A DNA stretch of 61,623 nucleotides, counting the filler, from Sphacelaria rigidula (lineage: Eukaryota), in assembly GCA_964200075.2 (NCBI GenBank). It is 9 parts of 9 records of this genome, joined end to end, with 100 filler letters (N's around TTAATTAATTAA, not from the genome) between each part and the next. Parts side by side here need not be neighbours in the genome. Positions count along the whole stretch, not along the records: positions 1 to 6,759 come from CAXNAA020018219.1; positions 6,860 to 13,617 come from CAXNAA020018220.1; 7 more parts are not named here. One strand, 5' to 3'. Each line of letters starts with the position of its first letter. Positions within the stretch are counted from its first letter, which is position 1. A program made the position numbers and the translations under genes. This document shows positions 1 through 13,450 of the stretch, piece by piece. Under the pieces are notes generated by a model that saw only the letters and a list, made by a program, of their open reading frames with translations, did no database searches and was not told where the DNA came from.

Positions 1-619
1 AGATTTTAATCCTCCGGGTTCTCATCCTCAATCAAAAGCACCATGCTCAACACAGATGATTGGCTGTTTAAAGTCCGACGTCCAGAATAATTGGTCGCGA
101 CAGGATAGGTCCGCTGTCTTTCGTGGCTCATGACTTCGGGGTTTACATTTAATACTGCGGAAACCGAGCATTGGAGAGCCGGGAAAAAATCATTTTCTTC
201 ACGAAAAAGTAAAAAAAATCGAAAAAAAAGAAGCCCCGTTATTTTAGTAATACCGCCAACGTCGTACGGCTACTTCCCGCTGATGCTGACTATCCTCTGT
301 AGATATTTCGATATTTTGTCTGTTGTCTTTCCATGTACAGTAGTACCGTGTACCGTGCTTCATGATCTTACTCCTAAATCCAGATGAAAGGCAAGGGTCA
401 AAATTGGTGAGAAACTGGCAGTGATGTACAGTTCACGTACGGTATCAACACTTGTCACATGGGGATATTTCATACACCGGGCAAAGGGACCAACTGCCAA
501 AGACGATGAAGGATCTCGTGGAGTGCATATACCATCTCGTTTGCAGCGGAATCGCCTTCCTCCCCTCGATTTCCTGAGCGTGTTGTCCCATCTATTCCGG
601 ACGCCGGTCTACACCTTTG

Positions 620-875
620 GGTATAACTGGGGTCAGTAACCGGGGCTACACAGGAGGAAGGTCAACACAGGAGTTTTTTTTCTTTTTTGTTTGTTTTTAG
701 TTCTCCACCTTCCCTCTACGATCCTTGTCTTTATTTTTTATCGCGAGAGGGGTTGAGCAATCTCTTTTCCTCGTCGACCGTGACGTCGAATTTCATGTAC
801 CCCCGAAGTTGTCGCTCTCCCCTGTTGAGCATGGTGTGAGAAAAAATCCCACATCGCCCCGAGGGCGACTCGCTT
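620..875 (-). mobile_element. SINE-like dispersed repeat (same family as 11600-12050 and the fragment at 4775-4830)
   Basis: 720-860 is the reverse complement of about 11670-11800 (tcgcgagaggggttgagcaatctcttttcctcgtcgaccgtg...gttgagcatggtgtgagaaaa). Confidence 0.55.
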
Positions 876-1035
876 CAGATAATCAAAATTGAAATGATCT
901 CAGATCATCATGCTGCACGGCACCTGTGTCCTGTAACATAGCGCCGACAGAATGCAAGCATACATTATCGCATGTATACAACACGAACTGGGCAGCCATC
1001 TAGATATAAATATATACTGCTCGTCTCTTGTAAAT

Positions 1036-4000
1036 TCAACGACAAGTTCCATCTGCTGGATGACGGGAGTACAATGTATCAGCACCATGCGGTGAGCAGA
1101 TGAGAGCGACGAACTGATTTTGAACTTCTACATCATACACTAGTATCACTCCCAAAAGTATTCGTCTTTTGTGACTTGAGAGTGCTGTTGCAGGAGGTCC
1201 GTTCACGCTGTCAACCATTACACTGGTACTACTACTACAGTGTCACCGCTGATTTTATTCCGAAATCAGGAAATAAATAATGTGAATCTTTCTTTCCAAC
1301 GGGCAGAAAAAACTACCGCGCAATCGTGGGTCGGTATTATGCCGACCGTTGTGGAACTACTGACATAATCCATGTCGGTACGCATACCCCGTACAACACT
1401 TCCTTCATCAAGGACATCTGGTGTGTACGTGGCAACACCGAGGGCCTGGAGGGAGTCAGGCGCACTTGAGCTCTTCTGGAGGACGTTCGATTTTGCGCAG
1501 CACATCGGTCGAAGGAAAGACGACAGTCGTGCGTGCTTGTGGACCTTTGGAACAACAACGAGCTATCTTTGCGAAAGCTGAACCATACCTGATATACTGG
1601 CAGCAAGAACATGTCTGCATCATCGCGTGGACCATTTTTAAGCTCCACTACGAGTGATCCTGAAGCAGCCGACGTTGTCAACACAACTACAGCAACCACA
1701 GCAAGTACGAGTGTCGGCAGTAGAGCTGCAAGGATACCTCTGGGCGAGCGAAGTCCCTCGCGGAGCAGCTTAGGTGGAATGATGGCATCGTATGGACGGC
1801 GGTCCAGGATGGGCACGGTTTTGAAGACGCTGCGATTGGGAGGCAAAGATGCAAACATTCCGCCCTTGCCTGTGAGTAATGGGGCACTTTTTGCCCTGGA
1901 ATGTCTTGGGCGTGTTGCCGATGTAAGGAGGAAGGAGGTGAATCTTGCCCAAGTACACTTTCTGCAAGTCCCCCGTTGTGGGCAAAGCACTGAGCCCTGC
2001 ACGTTTGTGCCGTTGCTCTGGTTCGCGTGCCGTAACGTTCCTTTTACTTTCTCTTCCATTCAATAGATCCCGCCGTGTTGCTGGAAATGTGAAATGACGT
2101 CAACGTTCGTTTGTGAAAATATCATCAGTTGCTTCGTCCGTTGAGCATCATCTGTAGCCCAACGTTAGAGAGCTCTCACTCACAAGCTTCTGGGTGCGCC
2201 CATGAATCGGCCATGGGCTGTACATTGCTCCATTACTGACTTTTGGCAGTTCGTTGCACAGATTTTAGTTTTGGCTGCTTTCTGTTGCCGCCCATTGTGG
2301 ACCTGCAGTTTTCCACAGGATGAGGGTCGTGCAAACCTTGCACACACCTATACGTTTTTCTAATTCTGGAGTCTGGATTTTGTTTGTAGTTTGTAGTTTC
2401 TAGTCCTGGAGCAAGCATGGTGTTGGGGATCTTAAATCCATACCCGCGCGAAGTCTTGTCTTGCACGGTGTATTTGTCTCCACGTACCCGAGCTTTTTGG
2501 TGTAAGCCGCAACATGTGAACTCCGTATGTCCCTGGCGTGAACACCCCAGTAGCCAGTAGAGTTTGAGCTGCTGTCGTTGATTGCGTACCACATTCCCAA
2601 GACACGAACATGTCCATCTAGCCCTCTCAGTATCCTCTAGACATTCAGAGATATAAAAAAGGTGTACAAGGATAGACGCCAGCCTCGAAGAATCGCCTGT
2701 GCGAGAGTACTCTTTGAGCTGATCACACCGCGTTCTGATGAGGCATGATACGACCCCTTCGCTGAAGCGTCGGGCGTAATCACGAAACAATTCCGCCCGC
2801 GACAGGCACTCTGTACAGTAGTCTGATACTGCCTTTTGCAGTACGTTTTGACGAACGAAAAACGAGTACAGTACAGCACGTGCATTCAACTGTTCTGTGG
2901 CTTTCTTGGGTACTGTACTTGCACCTCACGTCCTGAGAGTAGGAGTTTGGAAACTGGAAAGAAGCTAATTTCACATATGAACGGTTCATCAACGTACCTA
3001 AACTTCTTCCATGTTTCTTGGGATGGTACTACTGCACTGTTGTCATCATAATACACGTATCACGTCCGACCTTTCTTCCGTTTCAGGTGAAGATAGGGAG
3101 AGGCAAGTCGGGAAAGCACCAGAGGCGAAAACTAGGAGTATCGCTGTGCGGAGCCGCCTCGTCGAAGGGATCCCCTACGAAGTCAGACGAAAACGAGGAC
3201 CGATATGTGCATGTGCGTGACTGATTTACGTTCACTTTTGTACCAGTCATCACTAAGGAGATTTGTTTTTTTACGATCATGGTATACTTCCGGACCATAC
3301 GGACTGGATTCGTAATTTTTTCGTACGGCGAGGGCTGATGACCCTCTAGCAGTATCTACCGATGACCGTTCCCTACAAATCCATACGATGACCACTTTTT
3401 TTCTCCTTCCTTCCGATAATGAACCATCACACGCTCAGATGAGTGAAACATGAGCATCAGCAGTGGGACTACTCGTGCTCCCCCTACCCCTTCCCTGATG
3501 CAGTAAACAAAACAACTTGTATCATGTTAAAACATCATCAGAATGGTGGATTTCACAAGCAACAAAATGTGACCGTCACAAGACGAAGAGAGCGGGCCCT
3601 GTAAACGACAGATCATATGTGAAGGATCGGAGCGTAGCGGGACCTGCGATTTGTGTACCGGTACGAATCGTTACGTAGTGCAACGGATCAAGCTGCCGGA
3701 TAACAGCGAAGCAAGAATCGGATTCAGCGTAGTAGGGAAAATGAGTGGTGAGAACAGCACAAGGCGGCATTTATTCAGCAAAATCGTCAGGCAACGCAGC
3801 AGGCGATTTCGTTTTTAGAGCAGTTATCTCAAACTCGAGGTTCCAGATATATCATCTGAAATTACCGTGACATGCTGGAAATCTCGAGCTTCGTATAACT
3901 CTACTCGTGCCCGACCAATCACTTGCGGTTGGTGTTGGGTTAAACGGCGCTTCATTCAGAGGCGACACGTGTAGTTTGCTGACAGTCCAAGCTGTGGACT

Positions 4001-4410
4001 GTTTCAGGGCGACCGTCACATTGAACACCATGTACTGTATGAGCTTGACCGTAAACATTCTCCACCAGTTTCTGTTCCGATTTTATCTTGTGATGACATG
4101 ATGTCAAATGTGTTCCACATTTTTCATGTCTCATCTCATCCTGTACATGGGGATACGTTGCAAACGCAAGTTCGAACGTGAGGAGTTGAGTCACGTTGTG
4201 TGAATCTGCAATTTCTGCACGGTGGCGGTGACAGCGTATGATTCTGCACGGAACGCATGCTATTGTACGGATCCCCGAGTTCAAACCATTCGGGGTTCGA
4301 AGTGCCCGAGTACTTGACCCGTGGGCGCGTCAGATATGAATCACTTGAGTCTGACATACATTTTTCAAGTGATGATGATGCCGACCCAACATAATCGTCA
4401 CGCACCAGCT
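1036..4410 (-). pseudogene. Degenerate spliced gene fragments, possibly a multi-C2-domain (ferlin-like) protein
   Basis: Exon-like pieces with GT/AG borders: LVRDDYVGSA...PEWFEL (about 4270-4410); ...DMFLLPVYQ|gtatgg (donor near 1589) joins ctccag|ALGVATY...DMDY (about 1445); ILVYDVEVQNQFV (about 1140). The motifs resemble C2 strands but frames are broken and the family call is weak. Confidence 0.3.
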
Positions 4411-6759
4411 GTCGCAGGACGAACTCTAATCAACAGCTGCTCACCGCACATAGCGCTTGTCTCTACTGTCTGTCTTATACTGAACTGAAGTTTGCTGTTG
4501 GTGAGGTTATGTGCAACGGGCAGATTGAGTTTTGTCGCAGAAGTTCTGGTTCATGTTTTACCCGTGGATGTCATTCACGGCGAGGGAGAGCCGGGGGGAG
4601 ATGTAAACTTGATCTTGATGACTCGAAGATATGCTAAATAAAACTCAGGGCGAGCCAAGGGTCCTGTTAAGGGCGGGTGGTGCATCACGTGGGAGTCTAG
4701 CACACCGTATTTTGCAGCTCTGCTGCTACAACTGCATTGTTGTACTAATGCGTGTTGTCATCTGATTTTTTTTGCCTTTTATTTTTATCGCCGAAGGGGT
4801 TCAGCAGTCCCCTTCCCTCGTCGACCGTTATGTAGAGCTTTACTATATACTATCTATAGGAAAAAGTGCATCTTCAATGTATCATGGTCATGACCTACCC
4901 TTCGATCGCGAGGGTAGGTCACCTGCGGAATCGGCATCGATGTTCACTGGGAGAAATTGAAAAGAGTAATCGTGATACAGATGGACTACTTGCACCACGG
5001 TCCAAGGGTCGACCCTTCAGCCGCGAGGGTAAGTCATCTGGTCATGGATCCATTTTTCAAGTGAAACTGATGCTGATTCAACAGTCAGTTGACCAACGCT
5101 CGCGGTCGAAGGGTTAACAAATCCGGAGATGTGAAATCTGCCCAGATATCGGGGCATGGGATCTACCAGTGACATGTGGTAGGCTGCTATTGGAGATGGC
5201 CCACTCGGAAAGCAACAGTCCATGATAGCAAAGGGAAAACGTACCTGCTCACGGTTTCGCAATAGGTTCGTTGCGCAGCTTGTCTTTATCAACTTGAGCG
5301 ATGTGGAATATCGAGGCCGTTTGTAGCGGCCGGCTCGAAAAGCAACAGTCTTACCATATGAAAACAAAGACAGGACGTACCTGCCCACGGGTTTGCATTA
5401 GGTTCGTTGCGCAGCTTGTATTTGATAACTTGCGCGATGTAGCGAGGCCATGAATAAGGCGAGTCGGGCCATGCTCTATCTGTATAATGATGAATTCGAT
5501 GTTTAATCACTGCTTTCTACTTGCACTACTCGTATTGCTCCCGTGCAACATGAATCCCCAGATGTGCTGGAGGCTGTCTCTCGCGGTAGTTTATTGGGGG
5601 TAAAACGAACAACGATTTGCTTTTTCGAGACGACGACAGATTCGAAATTATTTCAAAAGTAAATCCGCTGTCTCATTCAAATTTCAGTTTTGCACCTCAA
5701 CAGCTGTGGCAGTGTAGAAAAATTCTAGCGCGTTGTACAAGGCCGCCGGCCACGGTTATCTTTACATCAGAGGAACGCAGTGGATCTGGGTAGGTTCAGG
5801 GACAGAATTTTCGACGTTTAGGCGAGTGCGAGAAAACCGTAGACAAATGTGGCGATCTCAAACAGGTATTAAGCGCTGAAATGGCATCCTTTGAAAGATT
5901 ATCCGTCTTCTCTCCCGAGTTTTGTCATCCAGAAAGCCCGTCAAGAAGAACGAAAAACCACCGAGAAGCGATGAAGTACTTGTCTATCGTGTCTGCTACA
6001 ATCTCCTGCAGGGCTCAAATATAATACGTTGCATGTTGCCGGCGGGGGTGGGGGGAGAGGCGGGGAAGCGGAAGAGCGGGTTTCGTTGCCTTCCATGCAG
6101 CATGCCCAGCCTCTTTCAGTCTCACGCCACAAGAAAAAAAAAAAAATTCGGAACATAATCCGACACATTTTCACCCCGATACGCACGCACACACCGCGTA
6201 ACCCCAGATTCAGCAAGATGGGGTTGTTGTCGGTAGTCTACATGACATGTGGTCGAAATTTCAGTACGTGAAAGCACTAACAGCGCTTGAACGGCCGTGT
6301 CTCCCGAAGTGAGCACCTCTACAGGCGATACCAAGATAGGTACCGCGTAGAAGGCATGCATCATCCAGAGTGTGCGCAATACGGATCGATGTGCTCGTTT
6401 TCCGGGGCAGGAGCCACCCAGAAGGAAGTGAGCGCATCCGCGTGTCAATACATGCATCCACTGACGTCTCACGCAGTCCGGGCCGAAGGGACTGCGTTTT
6501 GAGGGCGTATCGATGGCATTGCCCAAAATCCGTATTTTGCTTCGTGCTACTACTATAGCGCACCCCCTCAAACGTGCCGCCGCTCCGGGAATATGATGTC
6601 TGTGTTGTGGCCTACCTCCGTGCCAAGTTTCAGTCTGGTTGGAATAGACCCGGCGGAGAAATCCACAAGTAAAATAACCCTTGATTTGTACTGAAAATAC
6701 AGTACTTAACCCTGTTGAACCGTCGAAAGATATATGAGGTGCGTATGATTTTTGTATGC

Positions 6760-6859
6760 NNNNNNNNNNNNNNNNNNNNNNNNNNNNNNNNNNNNNNNNN
6801 NNNTTAATTAATTAANNNNNNNNNNNNNNNNNNNNNNNNNNNNNNNNNNNNNNNNNNNN
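6760..6859. other. Artificial contig-joining spacer (44N + TTAATTAATTAA + 44N); identical spacers at 13618-13717, 20476-20575, 27334-27433, 34192-34291, 41050-41149, 47908-48007 and 54766-54865
   Basis: Eight identical 100-bp spacers lie exactly 6858 bp apart; TTAATTAATTAA gives stop codons in all six frames. Confidence 0.98.
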
Positions 6860-7122
6860 GTCTGAAACGACTAAAAAGCGTTTTCCGAAACTCTCAATTT
6901 CACGAAAACGTTGTTGATAATGGAGAGTTTCGGAAAACGCTTTTTAGTCGTTTCAGACTGCAAATATCTCAGGATCAAAGTGCAAAATAATGAAAAAGAC
7001 CTCATCGAAAAAAAGACAAGGGGATACCATACTTGACGGAGGGGGGAAATAATGTTTTGTTTCACTCTGATCCTGAGATATTCGCACTCTGAAATTACAA
7101 AAACACGTTTTCCGAAACTCCC
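6860..7122. repeat. Fold-back / nested inverted repeats (MITE-like)
   Basis: gtctgaaacgactaaaaagcgttttccgaaactctc (6860-6895) is perfectly inverted at 6923-6958; about 6923-6985 is imperfectly inverted again at about 7063-7122. Confidence 0.75.
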
Positions 7123-8252
7123 TAATCCCTAAATATCAATCATATATACTGTACCACGCGCGCGCGGGGGGGGGGGGGGGAAAGACAGCACGGACTTGAT
7201 ACCAGTATATATAGCGGGTTGGACTGGTGACAAGTGAGTGGGTTCGACCGCACTATGATGAGACCCACGCTGCACTACGGCAGAAGCAGTAACTTGGAGT
7301 TGAGACGAGTGAGGTCATATCACCATTGGGTCGACATATAACTCTCTCGGAAATTTATAATAACGAACTAACGCTAACCCTAACCCCAACCGAAGGCATA
7401 TCGAGTAGCCTCGAGCAAGAGGGGTGAAAAGGGTGCCGTAGGCGAATTGTGCGCGTTGGCAGACCTCGAGTCGACGCCTGTGGCGCCGATTTGGATAGAA
7501 ACGCGTTCTGCGCACGCCCGGAGCACTTGGAGCTGTCAGCTATCAGCCCCACTAATGGTTCAAGTATCGATGTGCACACTCGAGAACGAAACGCCGCCTG
7601 CGCTGCTTGACGATGTCGCTGAATAAATGCTGCACTCTACTGTTGTTCTGTTACGTCCTTGGTGTACCTGCTTCCCTTTCTCCTGTTCCTATATAGTATC
7701 GACCATTTTTATCCGACTATGCTGGATCCGATTCCTGCTTCGCTGCAATCCGACAGCTGGATACGTTGCATCATGTAACGATTCGTCCCGATACACAAAC
7801 CGCAGATCCCGCTACGCTCCGATCCTTCACATTCAAGTAGTAAAACTTCCGGGAGAGTTCTGATCGACCAAGTGGTAATATATGCGGGCGACGCGACGCG
7901 AGTTGGCGGCCAAGTTCCATGGTTGAACGAATGCTGCTGTACTGCTGATTTCACTCAAGACTTGGTCGATCACACCCAGGTCTTTCGGGGGTGGCATGGC
8001 GGTTCCCACGTGTCCTCGACAGACAGCGTGCGGCAGCTTGTCGGCTAACACGCGCGAACCCTTTGGTCGCTAGGAGGGCGAGTAGTCAGCTGAATCGCGA
8101 CGATTTTTAGCTTGAAACAAGGAATACAGGTCCCATGTTCCGAGGGCGTGTCGGATTGGGTATACCCAATAAATTGTGGTGTTTTGAAAAGTGGAGATCC
8201 GACCCACGCCTACAGCAGCAGCCAGACCAGCCCTGTGCCATCGTTCCTCTCT

Positions 8253-8509
8253 GAGCAATGCTACGGTAGGCGTGCACGTTTTTCGCGAAATCATGTCTAG
8301 TTCAGGGGCCCCTAACGATTGTAGATGCACAAAAATATGGATCAGGACATCCCCGTGCGCAAATTCATTGGGAATATCTCCAGCACATTGGAGTAGTAAT
8401 CCTGGAGTACTTTCACATATTTTCACGGGTCGTGTTTTGCATGAGATAAAGGGCTCCTGACAATTCTACCCTCAGAAAATATTTCTGCACCCCTACCGTA
8501 GCACCCCTC
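8253..8509. mobile_element. Non-autonomous DNA transposon (GAG...CTC termini, 4-bp TSD; Sola2-like)
   Basis: TIR GAGCAATGCTACGGTAGG / CCTACCGTAGCACCCCTC; TSD CTCT on both sides; homologous along its length to 59982-60239. Confidence 0.8.
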
Positions 8510-9908
8510 CTCTCTAAAAGCCCGCACAAGTCATTGTGACTGATCTAGGCAGGCCATGCGCTACGTGTTAAAATATCAAAATATCGGGTATGACCTACCC
8601 GACCTGCCCTTGCCATCATACATATACATATGACCCACCGTGGCCGTCACATGACAGGAACCCTTTTACTACCAGGTTGTGTCATTTGTTGCGTTGACTC
8701 GGCGTCATGGTTGTCACTTGAAAATTTGCTATGAACCCCAGATCGTCCGCCGTCGTAGCGATCAACGACTCAACCCTTTCATAAATGCCACGTTGTGGGG
8801 CATCTGTATGTCGTCGGTGGGTCATCTGTGCAATGGGCAGAGTATTTGCGATTGAATGATGAGAAGGACGGCCCAGATTGCCCATCCCAGCGATCAAACG
8901 TTTCAACTTGACCCTTAGACCGCGAGGAGGGTATTACAACAATCCACCCATCTGTATCATGCATTCATTTTTCAAGTGAAATTCAAGCCGATTTAACTAA
9001 TGACCTACTTACTACTCTCAGCGTCAAGATGTTGAAACGTTTGTGATCTCACATATGGTACAGTACTGCGTGATTGCAGCATGGGACAGAGATGCCGGTC
9101 CACTGAGTTTGCACAATACTCTGCTGCTGCTTCCACAGCACACGCATGGTAGTTCAAAGTAAGTGCGCCATTCGTTCAGCTGGCCGTGTTACAAGCGAAC
9201 ACTACCGCAGCAACTCCCTAGAAATAAGGGTAAGAAGATTTCGCTCAAAACCTCCGAAAATATGCCGGTTCAGGAGGAATGTTCTACGTAGGTCAAGTCA
9301 TTTCTTTCGAGAGAGGGGCAACAGTAGTAATAGGGATGGTTAGTAGGCGCCAAGATGGGCCTGATATAATATTTGACGTATCGTGAAGTATCAACACTAC
9401 AGGATCATGATATCCCCCCCCCCCCCCCCCAGACTCCTACATAACTTTTGATTGATTACTGGTTAATTGATTGTTTCTCGCACATTAACTGACCCCCAGG
9501 GATCCAGCCGTGGTTACATGATGGACGTACCCGTTACATATATATGAGCAAAAAAATAGGCCTGATGTGATGAATATAATTACATTTTCGTCACATGGAT
9601 ATTATTATTATATCGATATCTGCTGATACCCGACGATCCACATCCCTGTACAACAGTCGCCCGAACCAACTGCCATGTTCCATGGCTGAACATCATGGCT
9701 GAACAGACACTTATCATTTCAGTGGCGACAACAGTTACTCATGGATCGTTTTGAGGGGACTGAAGGTTCCAAACGCCCAGCAGCTTGCGCAGCAAATAAT
9801 GTGGTATGTCCTTCTCCGCTAGTCATCTCCTCCGATGCCGGTCTGAGCACTGCCAACAACGCACCCTTTGCCCAGGGCACCCTCCCTCTGCACCCCCGTT
9901 CCCCAAGG

Positions 9909-10177
9909 GAGTCATGCCACGGTAGGGGTCATGCAATTGGGCTCAAATGCTTTTCCTTGAGAGGCTCCTCAAAGTAGGAGCTCCACAACAGTTTAGGTCG
10001 GGATATTCCGGATTCAAAATCCAGCCGATGTATAGTATCCCTAGCCCGCCGGAATGATGAATCTTGGCGTGCTCTCTTCTCGTATTTCACATAACTCGTT
10101 TTTCTGGATGACATAGAGGGCTCGTAACACTCCAAACCTGAGATTTATTTTTGAGCACCCCTAACGTGATACAACTC
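9909..10177. mobile_element. Degenerate GAG...CTC MITE (Sola2-like)
   Basis: Starts GAGTCATGCCACGGTAGGGG and ends CCCCTAACGTGATACAACTC; flanks AAGG/GAGG form an imperfect TSD. Confidence 0.5.
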
Positions 10178-11599
10178 GAGGGTTCCCGGTATATTATGCC
10201 CTAGGCCATGGGTGAGGTCGGGGGGTTGAGGTTAGAATAGGGTTCGGCAGAAAACATTCATCATGTACAATGGGACAGGGGTGTGGGTCCGACATGTGCA
10301 TGCACCGACAAGGGAATACACATCATAATCACTATGGTCAGTCGTTTGCTCAACATGAATGCTCGATGTTTGTACCCGGTGGCGCTGTCATGGTATTATA
10401 CACTCGCCGCAGGATCGAATAGTGCAATGATGGTGGTGGTAATAGTGCGCCGAGTAACTACGGAACCCGCCCCCTGCGAACACAGAAACACAAAACCTGA
10501 TCGCTCCTGTCCAGTTAATGGTTGTACTTATTGTGTCACGGCGGTTGCTTGGTATGTTTGGACACTCTTTCTACGATAGCCCCCCCCCAAAATGTTTTGA
10601 AAGTGGCTGGTTTCCGGAAGCAAAATCTGCTTGTAAATCGGGATGGAAAAAACCGAGCACAACGAGCAGCTGGGAACTCCCACGCTTGGGGTCGTTCTCG
10701 CCGATGTCACACATATGAGGCGCTTCATGCACAGCATGAACCCAAACATCAGGCGCTACACGACCATTTTTTTCGTGACACTTTTGGGCTGTGTTTGTTT
10801 TTGGGGGGGGTGTATCGTAGAAAATGTCTTGGTGTTAATCGTCCCCTCGAGCATACATGCGTCCTGCTTTCTGCTAGCTCACCTACCGACGGTCGGCCAT
10901 ATTATAGACGGCTCGGTGCGATCCAAAACTAAACAAGAGCAAACTCTAGAATAGTCGAGAAACAAGAAACATGTCGTTACCATCAGAATACCGTTTTTTG
11001 CGGCTGGAATTTTCGGGAGGGCGTGTTTTAAACGCTCGGGAGATTTGACACGGATTTTGGCCCTCAGACAAGGAATATCGCCATCATCACACGTCTTGAA
11101 AACCTTGCATCGCCGCGAAGAGGAGGAGTCCAGCCCACCTTTCCGATTCCTCGGAGTCAAGCGAATCCGAGAGATGGGCAAGACTCCTCTCGGTAGGGCT
11201 GATGCTCGTGAATAAACCTGCAGACGGCGCGTGTTGTCGTTCAGCTGCGTTTTTGTCCAGAAGCCATTTTCGAAACCTCGGAGGCAAGCGAATCGGAAAA
11301 GTAAGCTGGACTCCTCTCGGTTGGGCGATGCAAAGTGCCCTCGGCGTGTGATGAAGATATTCCCTGTTTGTGGCCAAAAACCGTGTCGAACGTTCCAACA
11401 AGTGGAAAAATCCCCCTCCCGAGCGATACCGACCGTAAGAAAATCTCTCAATAGTGGTATCTCAGGATTGAGATTCCCGCTGTATTTATTTCACAGTAAT
11501 ATACGGATAAGTGGATCGAGAATAACCTCGAGTTCATAATACCTCTTCTCGTCATCATGAATTCATTATCGGGAAAACATCCTAGTCTATTACTTCCGA

Positions 11600-12050
11600 A
11601 GGATTGTAATATCGTCGGTTGGGGCGTGCATTCGAATCTCACGGCGTGGGTTTGAATCTCGGTAAAAAGTCACACGATCTGGGATGTTTTCTCACATCAT
11701 GCTCAACAACAACAGTGGAGAGCGACTACAAGATATCGTGAATACAAAATTTCGACTTCACGGTGGACGAGGGAAAGGGACTGCCGAACCCTTCTCGCGA
11801 TATAGAGGGAAAAAGGCAAGCCCCCGCGGAAGAGAGGATGGTGTGCTCAATAAAGTAAAAAGAAAGTCCTTGTGTGTGACCGTCCTCCCGTGTGACGACC
11901 CCGACTGCTGCGCCCACATACTGTACACCGAAAGGTGTAGACTGGCGTCCAGAATAGATGGGATGACAACACACAAACACAACACATCGAGACCTTGAAA
12001 ATCAAATGAACACACTCGTATTCATGGTTACTCCCCGGTTATTACCCTTG
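11600..12050 (+). mobile_element. tRNA-derived SINE-like element
   Basis: B-box-like GGTTTGAATCTC near 11650 is followed by a body shared with 620-875 and 4775-4830. Confidence 0.5.
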
Positions 12051-13185
12051 GACCTTGACTTGTGCCAGGAGATCAAGACACTAGACTGACGCCGCGATTC
12101 CCCCCCTCCCAGAAAAGTGTCTAGTTTGAGGAGGCAACATCTACATGTCGGTCAAAATGACAAAAGCCGAGCATGCCGAGCAGCTACCTGGAAGCTCCCA
12201 TGCCTAGGATCACGATGTCGCCCATATAAGGCGCTCCATGCATGGACAGCCTGAAACCAGCGATCACGTGCTGTATGATCAATTTTATTTGTGACAGTTT
12301 TGTTGCCTTTTTTATTCTTCGTCTTTTTTTTTTCAATTATTTTCACGTCTTAGTCTAGCATATCATTCTGTTGGGCTTTTTTCTTCTGTTCCTGCTTTTC
12401 TTCAGCGTGCGTTTCAGTTTTTTGCTTTTTGTTGGGTACGTCTATCATGCGACCACGGCTGGAACCCGGGGGGATCAGTTAAAGCGCAACAATCAATCGA
12501 TCAATCAGTCAGTTTTGGGGCTGGTTTGATGGGAGGGGAGGGATGGGCGGGGGGGCGGGGGGGCGGGGGGGGGGCTACCGCGGCATTACTCACCAGCCCA
12601 TCTCCCGTAACCGTTGACCAAAAATGCCATGGTTGAAGAATTAATCTCGCTTCCACGACGGTAGTATTGTCAACAGTCACCATTCGGATATCTTCATATA
12701 TATGTACTCTGGCGATGATACGGCACGAACGTCTCGTCTCTTTTTCGAGGGCTGCCGTATTATACCATGTCCGGAGATACCACGGGAAACATTCCTGGTG
12801 GTCCGCCCTTTTTTTTCAGCGGCAGTCGTAGTACCTATATGCCCTAGCATCCAGTACCACATTCTGAAGACACGCCCGCACTTGCTTTTACGAAAGCCTT
12901 CCTAACTGCCCCCCTCCGCTCTGCTGCCACCTGATTATCCCAAACTTCAGGTATCCGCAGCAGCAGACCACCCCCCCGCCCCCTATATTTCATTTGCTGA
13001 AGCCTCGATCTTGGCCCCGAGAGTAAGCAAGGCACACGTCGCCTACACTGTAGCATCATGCCGGGACCTGGACGACACGGACATGGTCATGGCCACGGCA
13101 GGGAGCACGGAGCCGCCGTAACGTTGCAGAGAATTGCTCGTGGATTTATCGGGCGCGGGTGCGTTTGTTTTTTTATCGCCCGCGC

Positions 13186-13191
<6 letters not shown>

Positions 13192-13252
<61 letters not shown>

Positions 13253-13256
13253 TGTG
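13192..13256. repeat. (TG)n microsatellite
   Basis: Direct reading; it produces the spurious VCVCVC/THTHTH ORFs. Confidence 0.95.
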
Positions 13257-13269
13257 CGCGGGGGAGGGG

Positions 13270-13450
13270 GGGGGGCGTACATATTTGTTGCTTACCTTAG
13301 TCGTTTTACCATTGACCACCCATCCCTTTCGAGACGGAGCACAGTTCCTACCCCTAGTAGAGACACCTTCAACATTTAGTTGCTCATTACGTTTTTTCCA
13401 TACATTACACAAAACCTTTTACCTATCTTATCCCCATCCTGTTTCACGGG
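13270..13450 (-). mobile_element. LINE 3'-end fragment
   Basis: Homologous to 58760-58940 and 43520-43690 (cttagtcgtttgaccattgaccac..atccctttcgagacggagcac); encodes ...NVWKKRNEQLNVEGVSTRGRNCAPSRKGWVVNG. Confidence 0.7.

Noticed and set aside
6804-6815. Periodic TTAATTAATTAA as a biological motif or piggyBac target
   Set aside because: It is an assembly linker embedded in Ns
10879-11580. 190-aa minus-strand ORF with an internal duplication (SPTERSLAHLSDSLDSE / RPTERSPAYFSDSLASE)
   Set aside because: Probably a TE remnant, but no diagnostic motif could be identified
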